A stretch of DNA of 63,816 bases, filler included, from Nemertoderma westbladi (GCA_032718475.1; 3 parts of 3 records of this genome joined end to end with filler, not necessarily neighbours in it); one strand, 5' to 3'; positions 1 through 13,115 are shown, counted from the whole stretch's first letter. Program-made: numbers and translations. Notes: generated by a model from the letters alone, not told the origin.

Positions 1-594
1 GGGGTAGTCGTTATTACTAAGCATATTATATATTTTATCCAAACTGCGCCCTCTGCCTTCTACTGTAGAGCTATTTCGTATAGCTCGTTTAACTGCGGAA
101 CGTGCGGTGGCTGTAATAATGGTACGTGGGTGGTGGCTACTATTATAGTTAAGTATAATCCCAGCATTAGTGGGTTTAATGTATAATTCAAAATCAATAG
201 AACCCTGGCTATTAACACTTGTAAGGACATCCAGAAACGGAAGGCTAGATTAGGACTTTTATAGTGTATATTTATTGGTGGGGTGGCAACTATTCAAATA
301 TTCTAAAAATAGCACCAGTTCGTTCTCCCCATGCGGCCATATCGCAGTAGTATAATAGTTTCTAGTATCCTTACCGGTTAGACGCATAGTTGATTACTGC
401 TTGATAAGGCCTGTTGACTGAAATATAGCATTATTATTATTATATACCGATTACGTGATATAGACCACATTCAACTTATATTATTACAATCGAACTTTCG
501 GAGGCAACTAGAAAAGTAATGAAGGTAGACATTGCTTCCTTTCTTAACTAAGTTTCCAGACTTATCGGTAAACACCCGAGTAGCCGAAGTGCAA

Positions 595-2565
595 CTACTA
601 GGATCGGCATGCTGCATTGCAGCTGCATTTTTAAGAATGCTGTGCCGGCTTGTCAACAAAATTACACCGCCACAACTCCCTATCACCCATGACATTTGCT
701 AGATCATCCGCATCTTTAAGGCCAGTGTCCTTTAAGATGCGTCTCAAGAAAGTCATGGGCTGTCCACCATGCTTATTCACTCCATGAGGCTGCCAAAGTA
801 CAAGATTATGCACTGGCTGGTCCTCACGGCGAAAGCAATGTCCTGCAAAGCGGAGGCGATTTTGTTCTAGTGTCAAGCTTGGGGGAACCAATGAGACACC
901 TCCAATGTTATATAGTGTCTGGTTGGAGATGTGTGCATTGTACTTGACACAATGTACCCGGCGTAGCATTCTTGTGAATGTGCCATCCAGAGATTTGGTG
1001 TCCTCAGCAGTTAGAGCCCAGCATGGACTCCCGTAGAGGAGTACTGGAACTACTGCTGCTCTAAATAATCGGACCTTAAGTTTCCGATTAATTCTAGGTG
1101 ACTTCCAAATCCTGGAAAGCCTATTCAAGGCTGCCCATGCCTTTCCCTTACGTATTCGAAGGTCCTCACCTGACTTCCGGATCCATGATCCCAGGTAACA
1201 GAAGTCGTCCACATGCTCAAGCATACCATCCTTTGAGCTTATGCTCATCCGATCAGAGACTTGCTGAGGATTTTCAAAGTTAACTGTCAGAATTTTGGTC
1301 TTTCTGGAGTTAATAAAAAGACCAACACTAGAAGCAGCATGTTCTAATGAGCTGAGGAGCCGCTGGGCTCCCTCTAATGATTCTGAGAGTACTCCTAAGT
1401 CATCAGCAAAGTCTAGATCAGTTAGGTACTTGGCAGGATTTCCTCGACTTCTGGAGCCAGTAGGTGGAGTTATCATCACCCCATCATCATTATGATGATC
1501 TAAGGACATGCGTAGAACATAGTCAACCACAATAATGAACAAGAATGGTGCAAGTGTGTCTCCTTGGAGGACGCCCCATAACACTTCAAATGGTTCTGTG
1601 TCACCGTCAACAGTGAGACACAAATGTTGTCGAACCATCGTATACTGATCTGATTGCTGCAATAATTTCATCAGGAATCCCATATAATGAAAGTATGCTG
1701 AACATACGTGAGCGAGAGACTGAATCAAAGGCCTTGAAGAAGTCAACAAAGATAACAGCCAGATGCCTGTCTTTCTTTTTTGATAACTCTTCAATTATCC
1801 TTCTAAGTGCCAAAATGGGCTCCATGGTCCCACGACCTTTACGGAACCCATTCTGATTTCCACGTAGCAGTCTCTCAATGGGATCCCTGATGCGATTTAA
1901 TAGAATTCTATTGTATAGTTTTGCAGCAATCGAGATCAATGAGATTCCCCGAAAAGAACCATAGAGTGTTAGGTTGCCCTTCTTGGGAATTGGCACCAAC
2001 TTATTTGTTTTCATTTCTTGTGGGACTCTTGTTGTACGGTACATGTCTACTATGATGGGATAGATGAGCTTTAAACACTCAAGTATTTTAAAGACCTCAG
2101 GGGGAACACCATCTACTCCACTGGCACGATTGGTCTTAATGCTCTTTGCAGCAGCCTTCACTTCTGCAAAGGAGATATCGCCAATGGGAATATCTGGGAG
2201 TACAGACTCAGACACTTTTACTTCTATAAAGTTATCAGGCAATACCCTGTCATTATTGAGGAGCTTTTCAAAGTGGGCTTTCCAACCATTGAGGCGATCG
2301 GCTGGTGATTCAGCCTTAACCTTGGTGGTTGGTTGGCTTTTCCGCCCAGTAAGCAGATTGATCGATTTCCATGCCTGGGATGATTGCCTGCTGTCGTCAG
2401 CATCATTGATGGCATCAACCTGTTGGTTTATTAGCTCCTGTAGATTAACAGAGTACTGCTTGTTCAGGGACCTAGATGCAGCTTTAACTGCATTCTTGGC
2501 CGCTGTAGTCTGTTTGAGTCGGGACTCTTTCTGCGCCTTATGAAGGTCATTTCGGCACTTTCGGC
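595..2565 (-). mobile_element. 5'-truncated RTE-clade non-LTR retrotransposon (LINE)
   Basis: RT motifs (FRGISLISIAAKLYNRILLNRI, QNGFRKGR, FVDFFKAFDSV, GVLQGDTLAP, FADD, YLGS) and an RTE-type C-terminus (RLRFAGHCFR). Short 3' UTR ending in a (TAG)n tail. 8-bp TSD AAGTGCAA at 587-594 and 2566-2573. Confidence 0.9.
631..2565 (-). pseudogene. RTE reverse transcriptase ORF, frameshifted near 1615, endonuclease missing
   Basis: ORFs 1607..2875 and 631..1794 join by a frameshift at GSTTFV/LTVDGDTEPF. Stop codon at 631-633. Confidence 0.85.
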
Positions 2566-3295
2566 AAGTGCAAACTCGGAGACTGTCTACTCCACTTATA
2601 AATTGAATATGACATTGCTCACATCTAATTACACCAAGGGGATAATTTTTCGTATCACTCCCGTGAACTAAAAAGTAATTCGTCTGTATCCTTCCTATTT
2701 GGATTGAAAAATGTAGGTAGTTGTTCATATTACAGAATTTCGGTTTGCCATGCCAATTATCCGACCTTGAAATCTTTAGAGGTGGAATTGTTTCTTCAAT
2801 TTCGACCTGGCGAGAAACAAAAAGCTCAGGTTCAGGCATTCCAGTTCTTTTCAATGTTTGCCTCGTCCTTTTCAATCCAACATTTAATGGCTCAACAAAG
2901 GCAGAAGATGGTCGTCGAGCAAACTGATGAAAGGCAACAATATGCTTCTTCTGTTGGTCTAAAGGAGTGGCATGCCATTTCCCTCTTCTCTGAAAAATGC
3001 TGCATACTCATTTGATAATCTATACTTTCCTTGGCCATAAATAGCCTTAGCGGAGTCAGAGTCATCGATCCATTCGTCCAATTTCCGTGAGACTCCCTGC
3101 ACCTCCCAAGCAACACTACTATCATTAAGTTTATAATAGTTATGAATGTTATGTATAATTAAATTCTATTAACAATTCAATAACAGTCAAAACCCATATC
3201 CTGCTTAGCCATTTATATGTATCGATATAAAATAAACTATCTGGTGGTAAATTTAATAGATTATAAAATCTAAAAATTAATGTTTTGGGCTGCTA

Positions 3296-3560
3296 CCTAC
3301 CTACTACTAGCTGTGACACAGGTCGTCACCGCACGCAGGCCTGAGCCATCGCTAAACTCGAGGGCTCGCTATGTGTACAGTCCACCCTGCAAACAGAGCA
3401 AACTGGAGCATAGGAGGGCGAATTGGAGTCTGTGGCCTGGTAACCAGTGACTCGGCGAGCTGGTGGATAAGGATGTCCTTACATCACATACCATCGGTGG
3501 TGCCAATGAGTGGTGTAACACTTATCCTCCTTGACTCACACTCATTGTTGTAGTGCTGTT
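3296..3560 (-). mobile_element. Possible 3' fragment of a second RTE-like LINE
   Basis: Minus strand reads APVCSVCRVDCTH (RTE-like C-terminal Zn finger) followed by a tagtagtaggtag tail. Confidence 0.3.
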
Positions 3561-4134
3561 ATTTCGCTATATTATTATAAGATGTGGCATAGGAGTTTCC
3601 CATCGCGATGTAAAATTATGCCACCCTGTGATTGGTCCAGATGCTATTAGGTCCATGAGGACTCCCCCACAGTTACCCCTTGTCAGTCAAGGTATACAGA
3701 AGCAAGCATCACCACCCATTCGACTGACACAGAACCAATAATGACTCCAATTAAATTTCCAACTCATGACCTACTATAGATACGACCCACCAAGCTGCTG
3801 CAAAGCCCCTAAATTTAGTGGCCCAGTTATTTCTCTTAGATAGAACCCCTGAAGCAATAGGTCTAGCGCGTCGAAAGTACTTGTCCCTAACTAAAATTAT
3901 ATCCTCTTTCAGATGAGACAAATAAAAAGTTAATAGCTCCAGTAGTTTTCGAGATATGAGGAGTTCCTGGCACCCATACCATTTCGGAACATATCAATAT
4001 ACTAAAAGAGCGCCAAAAGTGAAAGTAGCACTTTCTTCACACGTGGTAAATTGGCCATACAGTTTGGCTACTGAGGCTTTAGAATGTGCTGATTTCATTG
4101 GGAAGGTTTATTCCTCTACATCAAACGTATCAAA

Positions 4135-4988
4135 GAGTTGTTTTTTGGGATGCTGATCACGAATATGACATTGAAAATATCGCACCTTGTTGATTACGGC
4201 TTTTTTTTATACGTGTCAATGTGCGGCACAAATAATACAAGTAGCACAAATTTCATAATGAAAAATCATTACCAAATCAACCTGATTTTATAACATTTGG
4301 GGTTTTTTGGGATGCTGATCACGAATATGACACTCATAAATATCGTATTATCCATCCAACCAAATTTGAGTTTTCCTCTTTGAAATTTTAGGCTACTTGC
4401 ATTTTTCGTCCCACCAGACAAACACGAAAAATATTAGTTGCATTACCACGAATTATTTTAACGAGTTGTATCGTGATTAGAGACCTTGAAAACCAGTATA
4501 GTTTCAGAATTACCAAACCAAAGGCAAAATTTAACAGTTTCAAACTTTTGCAACTTGTTGCACTTTTCGTTTTGGAGCACCAAAATGGCACCAAAATTGG
4601 GTTTGCACATACCAGAAATATTTATAACTACTTTCATCGTGATCAGCTACCTCGAAAACCCTTATACGTTTATAATTATCAAACCAAACACAAAATGTTT
4701 AGTTTGACAATTTTTTACTTGTACTTTTCGTCCTGGGGGCCAAAATCAGAAAATAGCACCAAAAATGATTGAATGCATTGCCAGAAAATTTAAATTTGCG
4801 AGAAATTTTGACATGTTTTATCGTGATCAGCGTCCTCGAAATCCCTTATACCATCAAAATTGTAATTTTTGAGCCAAGACCTACAAAATTTCTAATGTAA
4901 CCCCCCCCCCCCCCCCCCCCCCCCCCACGGGCCAATTAATTACTGTAGTAATATAGCCCGTATAGCCCGGGCCAGATAGCAGATAGTG
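4135..4988 (-). mobile_element. Partial piggyBac-type MITE, same family as 38455-39619 in opposite orientation
   Basis: Reverse-complement similarity to 38455-39240. Poly-C tract and a terminus ending at TTAA (4989-4992). Confidence 0.7.
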
Positions 4989-5379
4989 TTAAACGTACCG
5001 GTAACTTAGGATAAATAATCCCCGACTAAATATGAATCTCTTAATTCCGCATCAACCACATAAACACATAGTAAAATAAAGTATCACTTCCTCAAAACAT
5101 TAAATGACACTGTATTCCAGGATAGTTAATAATAATTCCCATAAATAATATCAGTTCCTCATTAAATTGAAGTCGTAATATTAATTTATCTCAGCATGTC
5201 TATTATGTATCAATTACCTTTGTCTATTAAATCCAAGATAGTAAGAACGAACACTGTTAAGGTGACCTCGCATATTGTCTTACTTGAGATCCTCCGAAAG
5301 GGCCGATAAGTGTTCGGGGATTCAGATAGGAGTCCCGCTGGTTTAGGCAGAAGAGTAAACCTAGCATGATGATTCTTAA

Positions 5380-6634
5380 CCCTATTACCACTGGGGTGTT
5401 TTGACCATTAGCACCACTGGGGGGGGGGGTGGGGCCGATTCGGCCCACCCACTATATTTTTGTAATCGTCCAATGAAATCCTACAAAATTTGGGCTGTTG
5501 GTGAAACAACTATAGATGAACACTACCAAACCTTAAAAAGTTAAAATTTCATAAGCAGGGAATCATAATTTTGATGAAAAATAAAAGTAGTCCCAGGACA
5601 AAATTACAAAATTTTTCGTTTTCTAAAAACTAATAGTGTGGCAGTGTTGGCTAGATTTAGTAGGTTTTTCAAGACGCTGAATCGAATGTGATTATATTCC
5701 ATTTCCAAAAATTGAAGTGGATGCTATTTTTCGTGCACCTAAGAAGTGGGCGTGGCACTTCAAATTTTGAAAAATTAGATATTCAGAAAATGCCCCTAAT
5801 TTTTTATTTCAACGCATCTTTATAGGTTTTCTGGGCCGCTGAATCGATTGAAAGTAATATAGAAGCCTGAAGACTTAGTGGTTCGCCATTTTTGGTGCAC
5901 CAAAATTAGGGCGTGGCACTTCAAATTTTGAAAAATACGAGATTCGGAAAATAAACCAAAATTGAAATTTTAACGCATTTATATAGGTTTTCTAGACCGC
6001 TGAATCGATTGAAAGTAATATAGAAGCCTGAAGACTTAGAGGTTAGCCATTTTTGATGTACCAAAATTAGGGCGTGGCACTTCAAATTTTGAAAAATGAA
6101 ATGAAAAATTTTGGTGCACCAAAAATGGCGAACCACTAAGTCTTCAGCTCATTACTTAATATTACTTTCAATCGATTCAGCGCTCCAGAAAACCAATAAA
6201 ATGCTTCGAAATCAAAACTTTAGTAAATTTTCCGAATAAAGTAATTTTGAAATTTTAAAGTGCCACGCCCTAATTTTGGTGCTCCAAAAATGACGTACCA
6301 CTACACTTACATACTTGTATAGAGCATTAGAGTGATCCAAACCAATAAAAATAAATAAAAATAGCCCAAACATAAATAATTACTAAATCACGAATGACTT
6401 TGTAAAATTCGAAAATTTCAAAAAATTTGGTGCTGGAGACCAAATTTTGAGGTGGCACCCACATCGAAAAGTAGAAATCCAATTGCAACGTCGTTTTTTG
6501 CAAAAGATGCGGCATTAAATTTGGCTAATTCTCAATAAAAATTGGGCCGGTACGTAATGTGGTTGCATAGTTACAGCAACTAAAAACTAGGAAAGGGCCG
6601 ATTCCCCCCCCCCCCCCCCCCAGTGGTAATGGGG
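5380..6634. mobile_element. piggyBac-type MITE
   Basis: TIR CCCTATTACCACTGGGG / CCCCAGTGGTAATGGGG. TTAA TSD at 5376-5379 and 6635-6638. Internal ~160-bp subrepeats (gggcgtggcacttcaaattttg), three direct and one inverted. Confidence 0.85.
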
Positions 6635-8355
6635 TTAAAGAATAACCGGATCCTCCAACCCCAAGTCGAGCAGTAGCTTCATCTCTACATCAGATAAAGA
6701 ACTAATTTTACTCTCCTTCATGAATTTCGATAGACGATGGACGGTATATTCGTTTTACTGGCGGTCTCCGAGGAATTTGAGGCATTTATAGCACAATGAA
6801 GTCGGAACAGACTCCGGCATTCCGGGTTTACTGAATATATCGCCCGTCGAAATGTACAAATGTTAGTGGTAGGCCATGGTGTCATCTGATCTATAAAAAA
6901 AGCCCTGACTAGTCGAACTAAGTGCCACTCTGTAGACCGAGCGAGCGAGCGTCATCTATACACACAGCACTTTCCAACTATAACTGCTACGGCCTCCCCT
7001 CCATACAGATTCAGATACTATGTCCAGATTAGATTAGGCCCCCGTGCCCGTGGCTGCCAGCCCGTGTAGAGAGAGGTGATAATAAATAGTCAAATAAATA
7101 CAGGTAATCAGGTAATGTAATAATGATAAGGCATTGATGCCTAACACCAGAACACAGTAACATCATAATGCAGTCAGCACTATCAGCAGTAATGTAATGC
7201 CTAACGCAGTAGTGCAGTGCAATGCAAATACCACATACTGAATAATTCACTACATTACCGCACCAGTACCAGAGTACTGCAGTACTGAAATAGAAGTGCA
7301 CTGGTTGGCACTTAGAATTTTCGACTGAAACATTGGCCATTTTTGAAAATACCACAATTTTATAAACCTTGCCAATGAAATCAGCACATTATAAAACCTC
7401 AGTAGCCAAACTATACGGCCAAATTACCACTTTTGGCTATTTGAAAATTTCGAGCTACTTGTAATTTTGGTGCTCTTTTAGTGTCTATTATAAAATAAAC
7501 AATGAAGATTTCATTCTAATTTCGCTTTCGATTACTAATAATTAATTCGACTAACCAAAAAAGCATAATATGGTTTAATGGTTATACCCAAGTCTTGAAG
7601 GGTGATGCTTGTATTTTGAGTAATTTTATCAATTCCGAAAAGTGCTGATATCGTATGGGTGCCAGGAACTCCTCATATCTCGAAAACTACTGGAGCTATT
7701 AAATTTTTATTTGTCTCATCTGAAAGAGGACATAATTTTAGTTAGGGACAAGTACTTTCGACGCGCTAGACCTATTGTTTCAGGGGTTGTATCTAAGAGA
7801 AATAACTGGCCCACTAAATTTTGGGGCTTTGCAGCAGCTTGGCGGGTCGTATCTATAGTAGGTCATGGCCAACTATAATTTACCTCTATGCGATTAAATT
7901 GCCAACTCATTATATTGAGTATAATGTACTGGTAGATAGTTGGGCCCATAATCGAATACACCATGACCCACAGAACGGCTGTAGCTGGAGGACATTGTTT
8001 AGGGGATGGTATTGGCAGAAGCCGACCTGTTTGAACACAAATTGTGTTCTAGTGCTACGTACGATTACACCCTGCTTGGCATGACCCAAAGCACATGAGC
8101 AGCCACGCTGAGTGGGCGGAAGAAAGAACTAGGGAAACTCAAATTATAATATAATTATAATAAAAAAATTAAATACTAATAAATTACAATTCAATATAAT
8201 TTCATTAAATTTATGTCACTTTTTATCATTATATTATAAATGTAAATATATTTAATAGTAGTGCAGTACGGTAGTGCAGTTTGTAGTACCCACTTAAACT
8301 TGAAACTTAAACTTATTAAAAACTTAACATAAAACTTAAAAATTGGAGGGCACAA

Positions 8356-9646
8356 ATGGCAAATTTTAGTGCTGAATATATTTCAAGAACAGAAGATATA
8401 TTGTTCACAGTTGGTGTTGGTACTCTTTGGTTGGCTATTATAGTTCCATCACTGGTCATATATATAATCATTAACACCGTCATAATCCGTGAGAAACGCT
8501 TCCATAATGTTTGTTACATGCTGATGTTTCAATTGACATGCTATGAAGCTTTTACCATGTCAGTTTCCTTGTTCGTAGTCCTACCCTTGTCTGCAGTATA
8601 CACTTTAACAGGATATGTTTATATATCAATTGATACAATTCGCATTATTACAGTAGTAAAAGTATGGTTCTTTTATATGGTATTGTATAGCCATATAATT
8701 ATTGGCTTAAATCGTTTCTATTGTGTCATTTATTATGACCGATTCAATGAGCTGTTAATGCGTAGGGCAGCTTATATTATGATTCCATTTGGACTCATAA
8801 CTTCCTCCATTATCATTTATCCTTTTATATTGGGAGATTGGGAAATGCATTGGGAATCAAAACTTTGGGGTTGGGATGTTGATTCTAGAGCCAAGTATAT
8901 TGGCGCTACCCAAAACATCGTACAAATATCTATTACTGCTGGTAAGTTGTCTATGAAATTTTCACATAATATATATATATAATAGATTCATGTGATAGAA
9001 TAAATCCCCAATCCCCAACCCCCACCACCCCCCCCCCCCCCCATCCCATGTCTATCAAATAGGGTTTAACATTGAACCACCATGTTTTAACAATGCTGAT
9101 CACACCTAGAGTCGATGGCCTCCCTAATGGATTGCTGAATATCCACTACACCAAATAGCTACTTCTTTCAACTATAGATAACTAACTAGAGTATCTACTG
9201 TATTGTATATGTAACAACTTTTCATACATATATTCATATTTTTTGCACTTCCTAAAATCCTTATTAGTAGTATTATCTGTTTTCCAGGTATTGTCATCTT
9301 CATTGTTGTCAACTACACAATAATAACGTTGTTTATAAAACAGAAGAAACATAATGTTCAGTCGAATAAAACAAAAGACAATACTAAGAAGCATGACGAG
9401 TTCAGGATAGCGATACAGTTCAGTATAATTGCTGCAGTTATCGCCGTGTGTTCTATTATACACTTTGTAATTATGTATTTAGCTGTTCCATATTATTATA
9501 AGTCATTTCGAGTTCGACGTTACCTTATGGTGTTTCAGTCTACCCTTTGGTTGGTTAATTTTGGAGTCGATATCCCAGTTTATATGATATTCAATGCCAC
9601 CATTCGCAGAAATGTATTGATGATACTTGGACGGAAAGTGAAGTGA
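8356..9646 (+). CDS. Serpentine 7TM GPCR (Srx/Srsx chemoreceptor-like), 2 exons 8356-8941 and 9288-9646, 314 aa
   Basis: Donor G|GTAAG at 8942 and acceptor TTTTCCAG at 9287 give a phase-1 join that keeps the frame (GIVIFIVVNYTIITLFIKQK). About seven hydrophobic segments, GLNRFYCV after TM3, PVYMIFNATIRR after TM7. Confidence 0.85.
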
Positions 9647-10519
9647 CTGCTGAATCAAAAAATTGTAATTATTGATGTCTCATCATCATACAATTAAATA
9701 TTATACTTCAAGTGTATACTTTGTTTGCTGCTTCATAATAATCACCAAGACATTCAACATAATTAATATGTCAGATAATAACTATTTGCATCTGTTGAAA
9801 TTTAGCACTTTTGATACATAACGGAAACAATTCACCTCTACTCAGTCAATTTAGTCAACATTTGCACAGCTTTTGTCGTTATGTCGTTATTTGACATGAT
9901 ATGGCTGCTCACTATATTGGCATATGTGCTATGCTTGTACAATCTAACGCGTTCAAATCAGTGTTGGATGGTGTGTGTATCTTAGAATGGGAACGATTGG
10001 CTTAGTTTATTTTCTGAATAGACTGTGTCCGACAGCACCAGCCATCACACAACCTTTGAACAAACATTTATTTGTTATTTTATCATTTATCACTGATTTA
10101 AACTGTACTTAAAACTTAATTTGAAATAGTAGTAGTATTAGACTGATGGATATCTGCCAAACATCACTGAACTGTGCATGGTGGTATATATAAAATGTTT
10201 TATGTGCATTTAGTAGGTAATATTATTATTACCATCAATATTCAGTCCGATGGCTGGCTTGCATCATTGTTGTTATTGTTATTATTGTTTATTATTAGAG
10301 AGTGCCATTCAAAAATCAATATATTTAATGTTGAGGATTGATGTCGAGCGCGGCATGGGCATATTATATGATGAGCAGCCTCCAGAGGCTGGGGGGAAGG
10401 TCGAACTGGGATGAGGGTCTTGCCACGTATATAAAGAATGCTTACGTTATATCAAATTAAATACTTCAAATTGACCAGAGAGTAAAATTTCCATTCCATC
10501 CCAAATGTATTCTTCCCAG

Positions 10520-10640
10520 CGTTGTATTGCTTCTTGTGTTGGTCTTTTTCTAAATTCCAAGAAGACCAAAATCATCGAATTTGAGTCGGGTGGAATCTCA
10601 AATCGAGTTTGAGAACGAGATATCGAGATCGATTTGGAGA
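10520..10640 (+). mobile_element. Small RTE-like RT fragment
   Basis: Reads ASCVGLFLNSKKTKII, matching ASSVGLFINSRKTKIL in the RTE at 595-2565. Confidence 0.4.
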
Positions 10641-11111
10641 GGGATGAAGCGGTAAGCATTTACCAATGTTAATTATGTTAATATAGTCGCCGCGGGGTAT
10701 TTATTAACGATAATGAGTTTATAAATATACAGTATATCAAACCAGCACTATGCTGTGGCACAAACTCAGAATTACCTGGAAAATTAAATCAGACATACAA
10801 ACATGGAGTGTCATCACAAAATAACATGCGACACAGATATATGTGTGGGTGGGGGTGGGGAAGTGGTGGCTTAACTTCCATGAGATACTCATCCATGCCA
10901 CAATGGGGACTGGACAATAACCCACCATATACAAAAAAAATTTATTATTATATAAATTTATTCACGACATAAAAATAATTGCAAAACCGACACATAAGTG
11001 ACTGACAGCAATGAAATTTATAAACTTTACATCCATAAAATAGTAAATGCATCGACTTAATGGCCGCGTTTTATATAAAAGGGAGCAAATTGAACTAAAC
11101 TATGGGTACCT

Positions 11112-11860
11112 CCTACTAATCTTTGGCGCAGTTATTTCGTTTCAACCACGCCCACTCATTCCATGGGATATTATTTGTTTATAGTTGTAATTGCTAATTT
11201 AACAATAATGATAGTTAAAAATATTTTGACTTGCTTTAATTTACTATTATTATGATTATTATAACAAACTATCCTTCATTAGGCTATGTTTGATAATAAT
11301 GGATTCAAATAAATTCAAACTATGTATCAATCTTCATTTTCAAATATATAGGATTATCATGGACTTAATAATAAACAGTTATGTTGTTGTTATCAAAACC
11401 CGTGTGGAAAGCTTTGATTCATTGAATTTGAATGGTTCCGTAGGTCGTAATTTGATTCTCATTCACAATGCATCTATTAATGATCCCATTCCTTTTAGCT
11501 GATTTATATGCTGTCTCATAAGGTGATACACGAGTGTGGGGTCTTCGTGCAGCAAAAGCTGCAAGCCATCTTGCGAACTATTATAGATAAGATAAGATCT
11601 TATCTTATCTTATTATAGAAGAATAGTTGCAATGGCTGCAAAACGTTCACAATGTACAGCATGTTGTTCTCTATTACTGAATATTATAACTATATAAATG
11701 ATTCGACTGACAAATCAAAATAATAGTAAATTAAACCAAGTCAAAATATTGTTAACTCTCATATTATTGTTAAATTAGCTCTTACAACTATAAACAAATA
11801 ATCTCCCATGTAATGAGTGGGCGTGGTTGGAACGAAATAACTGAGCCAAAGATTAGTAGG
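11112..11860. mobile_element. Foldback MITE with about 140-bp TIRs
   Basis: CCTACTAATCTTTGGCGCAGTTATTTCGTT... is inverted at ~11715-11860. Internal perfect 26-bp palindrome at 11585-11610. Confidence 0.75.
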
Positions 11861-12203
11861 CCAACAGTTGCCAAATATTAAATGTCACTTTTTCATAATT
11901 GTTGCTAATTAAGATATGTTATTATTATCAGGTAATTTGTAGATGAGGATTTCTATAAATTCTTTTAACATACATGTTATAATAATTATTATATTGGTAT
12001 TTCAGGAGAATTACTTTGTAATAATAATAACTATAATGTCTGTCAGTTTCATGTTAAATGATACGGCGGGTCAGCAATGCTTTGACTCTAATGCGGAAAT
12101 TACTTACAGGTCAGTTCAGTACTTATACATACAGTTCATTTACTTTTCAGGTTCTTGGTATTTAATTACTTACAACTACGTGTTGATTATTATACTGACT
12201 TAA

Positions 12204-13111
12204 CCCTATTAAACCCGGCGGGGGGGGGGGGGGGGGGGTCAATATGACCCCCCCCCCCGTGGTTTTTTTATTATAATTCTGAAACAAACGCAGTTCGGAA
12301 TCTGAAATTTTGTGACTTTTCCTAAAAATATATTTTCTTCTTAGTAGTGAAAACCGTTTACAAAAATATTGAGTAGTTTTGAGTTATAGCACCATTTTTT
12401 AACCCTACTTTTGGCACTTTTTTTGAGACGTTTTTTGAAAATTACATTTCATTAAATATGAATTGTAACATCTCTAATTTTGATTTGCACTGGTTTTTTG
12501 GTGTTAGCAATTGGATGGAATTGATATAAAAAAACTTTTACTACTTTGAAGAAATGCGGAATTTAAGAAGGACAAACAAAGACTTTCTTTTTGTAAAAGA
12601 TTTAGTTTTATTTGAAAAAGGCCCTTTTTCTCACTAATATTTTTAAAATTCAGTTAATTAATCTAACTTTTTTCAATAATTTCCAGAAAATTAGTTACAA
12701 AAGTCTTTTTTAAACTAATTTTGTGGAAAATTAGTTAAAAAAAGTATTTTTTGGGCATTACTAGAAAATTATACGTCGTAAAGAATGATAACGCTGGTGA
12801 TTTTTTTCAAATAAACAATATATTCGATATAAAAACGTAATGGAAAATACTATTTTCCACTCATTTTCTTTACCAATATTCAGTTATTCTGCCCTCGTGT
12901 GTTGAGTTTTCCACTCGTTGGCATTTTAACACTCGCATCGCTCGTGCTGCAAACCTACCAACTCGTGTAAAACTCAACCACTCGGACAGAATAGTTGAAT
13001 TTCGCTAAATTGAAAACGAGTAAAAACCGCTTACTTTTTTACCGGATAGTCCTTTCTTTAAAATAAAGCTGATGAAATTTTCTTAAAAATATTCACTTTT
13101 GAGTTATAAGT
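12204..13111 (+). mobile_element. piggyBac-type MITE, left part (right boundary uncertain)
   Basis: TTAA|CCCTATTAAACCCGG start. The first ~320 bp are nearly identical to the start of 13116-15028. Confidence 0.65.
12878..13000. mobile_element. Small quasi-palindromic MITE-like repeat
   Basis: Arms ATTCAGTTATTCTG...GTTGAGTTTT and AAAACTCAAC...CAGAATAGTTGAAT around a central ACTCGCATCGCTCGT. Confidence 0.55.
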
Positions 13112-13115
13112 TTAA

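Larger units (their letters stand above)
471..3090 (-). pseudogene. Degenerate transposon-type ORF (SWIM/MULE-like protein C-terminus with a CxxC...HxxxxC finger) interrupted by the RTE insertion
   Basis: Removing 595-2565 and one TSD restores the frame: IRCEQCHIQFISGVDSLRVCT-SATRVFTDKSGNLVKKGSNVYLHYFSSCL. Upstream frames read AIYGQGKYRLSNEY and KWHATPLDQQKKHI, with one frameshift near 2980. Family assignment is from recalled motifs. Confidence 0.5.
3765..7867. mobile_element. Non-autonomous DNA transposon with about 220-bp TIRs (P-element-like CATGA termini) carrying nested insertions
   Basis: 3765-~3980 is the reverse complement of ~7650-7867 (CATGACCTACTATAGATACGACCC...). Further inverted similarity at 4000-4110 vs 7360-7480. 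Flanks tccaact/gccaact resemble a 7-bp TSD. Confidence 0.8.
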
